Below, piece after piece: positions 1-7,835 of a DNA stretch of 64,000 nt (the first letter of the stretch is position 1; each line of letters begins with the position of its first letter). The position numbers and the translations under genes were made by a program. The stretch covers positions 17,219 through 81,218 of the forward strand of contig JBBIRF010000007.1 in assembly GCA_037441905.1 (NCBI GenBank), written 5' to 3'. The DNA is from Candidatus Aminicenantes bacterium (GTDB taxonomy: Bacteria; Acidobacteriota; Aminicenantia; Aminicenantales; CALLJL01). Below the pieces are notes generated by a model. It was not told where the DNA came from and ran no database searches. It saw only the letters and a program-made list of their open reading frames with translations.

Positions 1-290
1 GCCACTCTCTCCTGAGGCAATGTTTTAGTCGCCCCACAGGCAGGATTTTCGGAATTTCTTTGGAGGCGAAGGATATTTACGTTCTCCGGGAGGCGGACAA
101 GTGTTAACCAAGAGAAACCCGCTGGCGGCTAAGCTTCTTTCGACCAGCTCAATAAAGGCTCTTTCATTGTCCACGACTATTCGAATCGGCGGAAGAAAGC
201 GGTTTTTCCGGACTTTCATGGCGTCTCGAGCTTCCTATTAGTCGAAGACAGGCACCAGAGAACGGAAAGTTTAGCCAAGGAGGAAAAACC

Positions 291-884
291 TTGTGCTTTT
301 TTGCTTTTGGAGCTTATAATAACAGCGGCATGTCCAAGCAGTATTCCCCCCAGGAGCTCGAAGAGATAGTCCGTCATTACCGGCCGGTAATCGGGTTTAG
401 TGTGAAGAAAGCGCTTGGTCCGAATTATCCGGACTGGGAAGACGTTGTCCAGGACGTCCTGACTCAAGTGATTACTAAGCTCCAAAAAGGTGAATTTAGG
501 GGGGAATGCAGCATCGGAACCTTCATTTATACGGTAACAAAAAGGCGGATTGTCGATTGCATCCGCCAGAAAGCGCGGGTTATGACGGAAATGCCCGAAC
601 TCGAGGCCACCACCCTCGGCCCAGAAGAAGATGTCGCCCGGAAGGAAAGGGCAAAAATAATTACCGATGCCCTTCTGAGGCTCAAGCCAAAGTTCCGGGA
701 AGTCCTGTATCTTTATTACTATAAAGAGTTAAGCCGGGAGGAAATAGCGGCCCGCCTGGGCCTGTCGGTCCGGCAGGTCAGCGAGCGCCTGTACTATGCC
801 CAAAAAGTCTTCGGGAAGGTCCTCCGCCGGGTTTTTTCTGAGAAAAATTCCAATTTTTCGTCCCGAACTCGACTAAAGAAATGA
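291..884 (+). CDS. ECF-type (sigma-70 family) RNA polymerase sigma factor
   Basis: Region-2-like N-terminal half. C-terminal HTH reads LSREEIAARLGLSVRQVSERL, typical of sigma-70 region 4. TTG start at 291 lies 7 nt after an AAGGAGG RBS; an alternative ATG is at 330. Confidence 0.8.
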   Translation: MCFFAFGAYNNSGMSKQYSPQELEEIVRHYRPVIGFSVKKALGPNYPDWEDVVQDVLTQVITKLQKGEFRGECSIGTFIYTVTKRRIVDCIRQKARVMTEMPELEATTLGPEEDVARKERAKIITDALLRLKPKFREVLYLYYYKELSREEIAARLGLSVRQVSERLYYAQKVFGKVLRRVFSEKNSNFSSRTRLKK

Positions 885-1555
885 ACCTCAGGGCAAGGAG
901 AAGGCCAATGGGAAGGTGCAGGTTTGAAGAATTAATTGACGGCTACCTTCTGAACAAACTTGACCGGGAAGAGGCCGAACGTTTCGAGGAGCACTACTTT
1001 AATTGTAGCCGGTGTTTTGCCCAACTCCAGGCAAGAAATGAGCTTATCCAGGCCGTTAAGACGCAAGGGCCAAGCCTGGTCGAAGACATAAGTCCGGCCC
1101 GGCCGAGAGCTTTCAGCTGGGCTTCAGATGTTTGGACAACGCTCGTCAACCACCCGTGGGTCCTTGCCCCGGCCGCCGCCTTATTCTTAGCCGCCATCCT
1201 TATTTTTTCACCTCTTTCCAAGGAAAAGACACCTTCTTTTGTTCTTAACGGTGATAGCGTTATCCGGGGACAGGCCATAAACCTGATCTCCCCAATAATA
1301 GATGTGTCGACCCCACCCCTTTTCTTTGAATGGAAAAAACAAGGAGAAAACCTCGAATATAAGATTTCAGTTTTTAACAGCGACTTATTATGGACGGCCA
1401 CGACCCGGGAAACCCGAATCCAGGTCCCCGAGGAGGTCAGGCAAAAGATGATTCCGGGCGAAAAGTATTCCTGGCAAGTTAAAGCATTTTCGCCCACCGG
1501 AGCCCTGCTGGCTGTTTCCAGCCGGGTTCAGTTTATGATCAAGCCCCAGCAATAA
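881..1555 (+). CDS. anti-sigma factor, zf-HC2 type, single-pass membrane protein with extracytoplasmic C-terminal domain
   Basis: ATGA overlap with the sigma factor stop. N-terminal H-x3-C-x2-C motif (EEHYFNCSRCF). Hydrophobic segment PAAALFLAAILIF. Probable true start is ATG at 908, after a GGAGAAGG RBS. Confidence 0.65.
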   Translation: MNLRARRRPMGRCRFEELIDGYLLNKLDREEAERFEEHYFNCSRCFAQLQARNELIQAVKTQGPSLVEDISPARPRAFSWASDVWTTLVNHPWVLAPAAALFLAAILIFSPLSKEKTPSFVLNGDSVIRGQAINLISPIIDVSTPPLFFEWKKQGENLEYKISVFNSDLLWTATTRETRIQVPEEVRQKMIPGEKYSWQVKAFSPTGALLAVSSRVQFMIKPQQ

Positions 1556-1725
1556 TCCAGGGTGCCTTAGCCAGGTTTCCTCCCATTGCTTATTAAAGGA
1601 GCCATACCTGCTCTTCAAGATGCTTTTCCCTAAATTTTCTAACTTTTTTATCTCCCAGAGGGGTATTTAGCCTCGTTTATCTGGAGACAACCTTGGCGGT
1701 CAAATAAAGTTAAGTCGAGGCAAGA

Positions 1726-2409
1726 CTAATCCTCGATCAAATTTTCTTCTTCGCTGTACATCCGGCCGAGAGAATCCTCCTCAAACGCCAGGCAACACAT
1801 CAGCCGGCCACAGAGTCCGGAAATCTTGGTCGGGTTGATGACAATTTGTTGCCGCCGGGCCTTTTGAATTGTCACCGGCTCAAAAGCCTTCATAAAACTG
1901 AAACAACAGAGCATCCGGCCACAGACGCCAATCCCGCCGACGAGTTTGGCTTCATCCCGCACCCCTATCTGTCTCATTTCAATCCTCATTCGTAACTCGC
2001 GGGCGAGGTCCTTGACCAGCTGCCGGAAATCAATCCTGCCCTCAGCTGTATAATAAAAGATGCCTTTCTTTTCGTTAAAAAAATAGCGGACGGCTACGAG
2101 CTTCATCGGTAAGCCATGAGCCTTAATCCTTTCCAAACAAAACTCGAACGCCTGAGCTTCTTTCTCTCTCAACCAGGCCAGTTTATTTTTATCCTCTTCG
2201 GTCGCCTTCCTGATAATCTTGACGACATCAGATGTTACCCGCTGGTGCTGACAGACTTCACTGCCACAATCAATAACTTCGGCCAAGTCCCCGCCGAGCT
2301 CGGATTCAATCAAGCAAATATCGCCGGGGGTGATTTCCTCGTCGGCGGGTTTCCACGCTCGGACTATCTTGCCGGTGGTAAAAGAAATGAGCCGGACAAT
2401 TTCAGCCAC
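1726..2409 (-). CDS. PSP1 C-terminal domain protein (RicT/YaaT-like)
   Basis: Repeated CGRxxCC motifs (VCGRMLCCFSF, LCGRLMCCLAFE) typical of PSP1/YaaT. Sits immediately downstream of holB, as in Bacillus. Confidence 0.75.
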   Translation of the reverse strand: MAEIVRLISFTTGKIVRAWKPADEEITPGDICLIESELGGDLAEVIDCGSEVCQHQRVTSDVVKIIRKATEEDKNKLAWLREKEAQAFEFCLERIKAHGLPMKLVAVRYFFNEKKGIFYYTAEGRIDFRQLVKDLARELRMRIEMRQIGVRDEAKLVGGIGVCGRMLCCFSFMKAFEPVTIQKARRQQIVINPTKISGLCGRLMCCLAFEEDSLGRMYSEEENLIED

Positions 2410-3403
2410 GACCAGACCTCCTCAGACGAGCCGAAAAATAGACGGCCAGAAGCCTCGGGTTAAGGTTACGCTGTATACCGTTTAATGTCTCTTCGGTTAA
2501 CTCAACGCCTGCAAGGCACAATTCCGTCGAAATCCTGGAGGATAATTCTTTCAATTCGGGAGTCAAATCCACATTGAGAAGCAACGATTCTTCCCCTCCC
2601 TGTTTTAAAAGCAGCAAGTCCCGGTAAAAAGTTAAGAAAAGCCGCAGAATAGCCTCCAGGTCTCTCTTCTGCCGCTCTGTTCTCACCGAGCCCATCATTT
2701 CCGCAAAACCTGTTGACCGCTCGAAGTTGAGCTGGCGGAAGAAATCCCAGGCGCGGCGCCGCTCGTCGCTTATTTTTTCCCAATCCAGAGATAATGCCCG
2801 CTCGAGGCTTCCCCCGGCCAGGAGGGCGGTAAGTCTGGCTTTCTCCGGGACCATGCCGTTGGCCAGAAGCGCTTTTTCTATCTCTTGGGGGCTGAGCGGC
2901 GGGAAATAAAACAGCCGACAGCGAGATTGAATTGTCGGCAGGATGAGGTCGAGGTTCCTGGTTATCAGGATAAAATAAGAAAAGACGGGTGGCTCCTCCA
3001 GGGTCTTCAGCAGAGAATTGGCGGCCTCGACGGTCATCGTCTCGGCCTCGTTAATCAGAAATACCCGGCAGCGGCCAACCATTGGCCTCATCATCGCCAG
3101 CTGCCTTAACTCCCGCGTCTCTTCCACTCCTATACTCTTTTTGTTTTTTTTGCTCTCCCCACCCACCTCGATGACGTCAGGAAAATTTCCCTTAGCTATT
3201 GCCTGACAGGAAGAGCAATGGCCGCAGGCATCATCCCGGGCCTCGAGACAATTGAGGGCCTGGGCCAGGATTACTGCGGCTCGCCTCATCCCTTCTCCGT
3301 CGGTCCCAAAAAAAAGCAAGGACGGTGGTAATTTTTTCCACCGCAAACTCTGCTGCAAGCTCTTTTTTACCCCCTCCTGGCCATAAAGGTCAGTAAATGG
3401 CAT
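2402..3403 (-). CDS. holB: DNA polymerase III subunit delta prime
   Basis: AAA+ clamp-loader fold with Zn-module-like cysteines (CGHCSSC) and an SRC-like motif (QSRC). Synteny with yaaT. Confidence 0.8.
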   Translation of the reverse strand: MPFTDLYGQEGVKKSLQQSLRWKKLPPSLLFFGTDGEGMRRAAVILAQALNCLEARDDACGHCSSCQAIAKGNFPDVIEVGGESKKNKKSIGVEETRELRQLAMMRPMVGRCRVFLINEAETMTVEAANSLLKTLEEPPVFSYFILITRNLDLILPTIQSRCRLFYFPPLSPQEIEKALLANGMVPEKARLTALLAGGSLERALSLDWEKISDERRRAWDFFRQLNFERSTGFAEMMGSVRTERQKRDLEAILRLFLTFYRDLLLLKQGGEESLLLNVDLTPELKELSSRISTELCLAGVELTEETLNGIQRNLNPRLLAVYFSARLRRSGRG

Positions 3404-5924
3404 CTCGCTTACTCCCGTCAGACCTTCCGGCCAAAACTTTTCTCAAAAACTGGCCGGTGTAAGACTCGCGAACTTCAGCCACCTCTTCCGGGGACCCAGC
3501 CGCTACCACCCAGCCCCCTTCTTCCCCGCCTTCCGGGCCCAAGTCGATAATATAATCGCAAGCCTTGATGACATCAAGGTTATGCTCGATTATCACTACC
3601 GAGTTACCCCGGTTGACCAGTTCATGCAGGACGTCAACCAGCTTCTTGACATCATCAAAATGAAGCCCTGTCGTCGGCTCGTCAAGGATGTAAAGCGTTC
3701 TGCCGGTACTCTTTCTGGCCAGCTCTTTGGTCAGCTTGATTCTCTGGGCCTCTCCTCCTGAAAGCGTCGGGGCTGGCTGGCCCAGCCGGATATAACCGAG
3801 TCCAACTCTTTGCAGCAGGGCCAGCTTTCTCTTTAAAACTGGATGGGCTTTGAGCTCCTCGTAAGCTTCGTCCACAGTCATCTCTAAAAAGGAGGCAATG
3901 TTCTTCCCATGATAAAGAACACTCAAGGTTTCTTTGTTGTACCGGCGGCCCTGGCAGCGGTCGCAGGTAACTAAGACATCAGGCAGGAAATGCATCTCGA
4001 TTTTTTTTACGCCAGCTCCCTGGCACGCCTCGCAGCGTCCTCCGGGCAGGTTAAAACTGAACCGGCTCGGTAAATAGCCTCTCATCCTGGCCTCACTCGT
4101 CCGGGCAAACAGCTCCCGCAGAGGGGTAAAAAGTCCGGTGTAGGTCGCCGGGTTCGACCGAGGCGTCCGGCCAATCGGCTTCTGGTCGACGGCCACAACT
4201 TTGTCCACCTGACTGATTCCGTCAATTTTCTCGTGTTTTCCCGGCGGCTCGCCGGCCCGGTAAAGATGCCGCTGCAACGCTCGAAGCAGGATATCGCTTA
4301 TCAGAGTACTCTTCCCTGAACCTGAAACCCCGGTCACAGCTGTCATAACTCCCAGGGGAAGCTTGACATCAATTCCTTTGAGGTTGTGCTCTTTGGCCCC
4401 GCGAATAATCAGCCAACCCGATGGTTTCCGCCGAGCAGGCGGAACAGGTATTTCTTTCTCCCGGCGGAGGTACTGGCCCGTAAGCGAAACAGGGGAGGCG
4501 AGAATTGTCGGAAGGGGGCCTTCAGCCACTTTATACCCTCCCCTTTCGCCAGCCCCCGGTCCGAGGTCGAGGATATAATCCGCGGCGCGAATGGTCTGTT
4601 CGTCATGCTCGACAACGACGATTGAATTCCCTTCGTCGCGAATCGACTTGAGCAAAGATATTAGCCGGCTGTTGTCTCTCTGGTGTAACCCGATCGTAGG
4701 CTCATCGAGAACATACAAAACGCCTCGCAGCCGCGCGCCTATCTGAGCGGTTAAGCGAACGCGTTGGGCTTCACCTCCAGAAAGGGTTGAAGTCGGTCGG
4801 CTTAACTGAAGATAGGCTAACCCTAACTCCTGCATTACCTCTAAGCGAGAGAGAATCTCTTTGATGATTCGCGAGGCGACGGTCTCCTGAGGTTGGGAAA
4901 AGCGCAGGGAGGCCAAAAACTTTAATAAATCTTTTGCCGGTAAAGAACTCAGCTCATGGATATTCTTGCCGCCAACCAGCACAGACAAGGATTCCTTTTT
5001 CAGCCGGCTCCCCTGACAGGAAGGGCAGACTTCTTCCGTAAGTTCAACCTCTCCCCATTCATCAAGCCTTGTCTTGAACCCAAGGCCATGACAATCAGGG
5101 CAAGCGCCATAGGGACTGTTAAAAGAGAAGTAGCGCGGTTCCATCTTGGGCAGGCTTATTTCGCAGAAAGGACAAAGAAGTCTCACGGAAAAAAGCAACT
5201 TCTGACCTTTTTCTCTCAGGACAACGAGGTCACCGCCGGCGAGCTCGAGAGCCTGGCCGACAGCTTCTCGCAACCTCTTCTCAGCGGCCGGAAGGACCAA
5301 TACCTCATCAACCAGGATTTCAATATCGTGCTTCCTGGTTTTTTCCAGCCAGATTTCTTCATCTAACTCATGCCACCGCCCGTCTATCCTGGCTCGAAGA
5401 AAACCCTTGCGCCTCATTCGTTCGAGCAGACGGGCGTATTCTCCCTTCCTTCCCCGAACGACGGGTGCCAGGACCTTCACCCTTTCACCTGAAAAAGCTT
5501 GCTTCAGCCTGTCAACCAATTTCTCCTGAGTCTGAGCCTCGACAGGCCGGCCGCATTCAGGACAATGAGGCACACCGACCCGGGCAAAAAGGAGACGCAA
5601 AAAATCGTTGATTTCCGTCACGGTTCCGACCGTGGAACGAGGGTTGCTGGTGATGGTTTTCTGGTCGATAGAAATCGAAGGAGAAAGCCCCTCGATGGAT
5701 TCTATCTCCGGCTTGGGCATTATTTCCAAGAATTGTCTGGCATAGGCGGAAAGGCATTCAAGGTACCGCCGCTGTCCCTCGGCAAAAAGGGTATCGAAGG
5801 CCAAGGAGCTCTTCCCAGAACCGCTCGGGCCGGTAATGACAATAAACCGGTTGCGGGGCAGGTTGACATCAATCTGCTTCAGGTTATGCTGCGCCGCTTT
5901 CCTTACTCTAATCTCGTTGAGCAT
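3390..5924 (-). CDS. uvrA: excinuclease ABC subunit A
   Basis: Two ABC ATPase modules (GPSGSGKSSLAF and GVSGSGKSTLI). LSGGEAQR signature present twice. Zn-finger CxxC pairs. 844 aa. Confidence 0.9.
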   Translation of the reverse strand: MLNEIRVRKAAQHNLKQIDVNLPRNRFIVITGPSGSGKSSLAFDTLFAEGQRRYLECLSAYARQFLEIMPKPEIESIEGLSPSISIDQKTITSNPRSTVGTVTEINDFLRLLFARVGVPHCPECGRPVEAQTQEKLVDRLKQAFSGERVKVLAPVVRGRKGEYARLLERMRRKGFLRARIDGRWHELDEEIWLEKTRKHDIEILVDEVLVLPAAEKRLREAVGQALELAGGDLVVLREKGQKLLFSVRLLCPFCEISLPKMEPRYFSFNSPYGACPDCHGLGFKTRLDEWGEVELTEEVCPSCQGSRLKKESLSVLVGGKNIHELSSLPAKDLLKFLASLRFSQPQETVASRIIKEILSRLEVMQELGLAYLQLSRPTSTLSGGEAQRVRLTAQIGARLRGVLYVLDEPTIGLHQRDNSRLISLLKSIRDEGNSIVVVEHDEQTIRAADYILDLGPGAGERGGYKVAEGPLPTILASPVSLTGQYLRREKEIPVPPARRKPSGWLIIRGAKEHNLKGIDVKLPLGVMTAVTGVSGSGKSTLISDILLRALQRHLYRAGEPPGKHEKIDGISQVDKVVAVDQKPIGRTPRSNPATYTGLFTPLRELFARTSEARMRGYLPSRFSFNLPGGRCEACQGAGVKKIEMHFLPDVLVTCDRCQGRRYNKETLSVLYHGKNIASFLEMTVDEAYEELKAHPVLKRKLALLQRVGLGYIRLGQPAPTLSGGEAQRIKLTKELARKSTGRTLYILDEPTTGLHFDDVKKLVDVLHELVNRGNSVVIIEHNLDVIKACDYIIDLGPEGGEEGGWVVAAGSPEEVAEVRESYTGQFLRKVLAGRSDGSKRDAIY

Positions 5925-6054
5925 ATTTTCATTTTACCCTGTGCCTTCCCAACTGACAAATCCCCCAGAAAACGCCAATCAGTTTAAACCTGACCGCCTT
6001 GAGGACAGGGCTGCGCTTCAGGGAAACGGGTTTCTTCAGGATTCTGCCTGGTTT

Positions 6055-7467
6055 CTATGCTTCTTTACCAGCTGGCTTTTGTGGGCTCATAAGCCTCTTG
6101 GGACGACGCCACCAAAAATAGAATGGCAGACCGGTAGCTATGAAAGCGATATCGACCAGAGTTCTCCTCCACTCAAAAATAGACCGGAAGCCGATGAAAA
6201 CCAGGAGCCCGATAAGGTAAAGCCCCGGGAGAAACGGATAAAGTGGAACCTTGTAGCCGTCCTCCCTACCTATCTTCTGCTGCCTGAACTTAAACAGAGC
6301 CAAGGTGCTTAAGGCAAGAAAAATAAGAATACCGAAGACCATCCCGGCAGCGATTACTTCAAACTTCGCCCGAACAAAAAGGATAACCAGAGCCCAAACG
6401 CAATGGGCGACAACAGCCCGGGACGGAGTTCGAAACCTCGGATGGACATAATCCAGCCAGCGGAAGAATAGCCGGTCCCGGGCAAGAGCATAATAAACCC
6501 TGGTAGCTGTCATCATTGTTCCGTTGATACTCCCGGTCGCCGACATGATTACCAATAAAGCGACAAAACTCGCACCCACCGGCCCGGCCAGGCGAACTGC
6601 GGCTGCCGAGGCCACAATCGTGTTCCCTCTTACTCCATCCATTCCCAGAGTAAGATGGTAAATAAGATTGGTAAGACAATAGAGAGTGACGACAATTCCT
6701 ATGCCAATAAAAAGACTGAACGGAATGGCTCGCCGCGGGTTTTTCATCTCGCCAGCCGAATAACCCAATCTTTCAAACCCCGTGTGGGCGAAGAAAACCA
6801 TCATTAAGGCCGCCACTACCCTGGTTATCGGGTTAATATCCCCAACAGGTTCGGCCCTCTGGCCGAGCAAACTTCCCCGCCCGACGCTTAAAATCAGGCC
6901 GCCGAGAACAAGCAGAAAAAGACCGAATACTTTAAAACCAGTGCTAACTTTTTGATAAGCACTCGCCCATTTAATCCCGACGATGTTCAGCCCGCCGAAA
7001 AGAAAAATTACCCCGACGGCTATCAGGCGATGCGCCCGGGGCGTAAGGGAGAAAAAATATCCCAGATAATCGGCGGTGACAATGGCCAGCCCGGCGGCCG
7101 GGCTTGTCCGGATAATAAAAAGCTGGGACCAACCGAACATAAACCCTACCAGTGGCCCGAAGGCCCGGTGGAGATAAACATATTCGCCTCCGGTGTGGGG
7201 AAACCTTGTCCCCAGCTCTGCGTAAACCAGGCCACCGAGAAAAACAAAAAGACCGACGCCCACCCAGAGCAAAATAACTTCTTCAAAGGAGGAAAGATAT
7301 CCGGCAATAATCTGGGGAGTGGAGTAAATCCCGGCGCCAATAGTGATTCCGATAACGATAGCCAGACCGTCCAAGGAGCCCAGGCTTCGGGGCAGGGCAG
7401 GTTGGGAAGAGCCTTTTTCGAACCCTCCTTCTTCATTTGTATCTCTTTTCATCTTGCTTATCCTCAT
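6055..7467 (-). CDS. APC-superfamily amino acid permease
   Basis: About 12 predicted TM segments. N-terminal GxGIYSTP-like motif (GAGIYSTPQIIAG) characteristic of amino-acid/polyamine transporters. Confidence 0.75.
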   Translation of the reverse strand: MRISKMKRDTNEEGGFEKGSSQPALPRSLGSLDGLAIVIGITIGAGIYSTPQIIAGYLSSFEEVILLWVGVGLFVFLGGLVYAELGTRFPHTGGEYVYLHRAFGPLVGFMFGWSQLFIIRTSPAAGLAIVTADYLGYFFSLTPRAHRLIAVGVIFLFGGLNIVGIKWASAYQKVSTGFKVFGLFLLVLGGLILSVGRGSLLGQRAEPVGDINPITRVVAALMMVFFAHTGFERLGYSAGEMKNPRRAIPFSLFIGIGIVVTLYCLTNLIYHLTLGMDGVRGNTIVASAAAVRLAGPVGASFVALLVIMSATGSINGTMMTATRVYYALARDRLFFRWLDYVHPRFRTPSRAVVAHCVWALVILFVRAKFEVIAAGMVFGILIFLALSTLALFKFRQQKIGREDGYKVPLYPFLPGLYLIGLLVFIGFRSIFEWRRTLVDIAFIATGLPFYFWWRRPKRLMSPQKPAGKEA

Positions 7468-7835
7468 CCTCCAACGCCCGTCGAAAAATCTAACCCTCCT
7501 GAATCAAAGAAAATTATCAACAAGCTTTAAACTCAGAAGGTTTTTTCAAGCGGCAACGCCTGCTCCCGCCTCCTACCCGTCCTTCTTGCCACCCGATTAA
7601 CTATCTCAAGGGTAAAAGCAAAAACTGATTTCCCTTGAGATTTATCCTTTCGCTCAGCTTCTGTCAAGGAGTTAAAGAATCAACAGGGGGAAAACCTGAT
7701 GATTTTTTTCCCGAGATGATAATCTGGTTGCCTTTTTGGCCGCGTGGTTTTATCTTTTTTAGAGGCGAGAAACGTGAGCCCTTTGGAATCAAGACCAAAA
7801 GAGTTTAAGATTTATATCGAATAGGCAAGGAAGCC

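Noticed and set aside
25-219. 64-aa - strand ORF with a response-regulator-like N-terminus (RIVVDNERAFIEL)
   Set aside because: It is complete but far too short for a receiver domain and has a Pro-rich tail. It is likely a gene fragment or a chance ORF at the window edge and is not reportable as a feature.
216-485. 89-aa - strand ORF overlapping the sigma factor start
   Set aside because: It is antisense to the well-supported ECF sigma gene and has no features.
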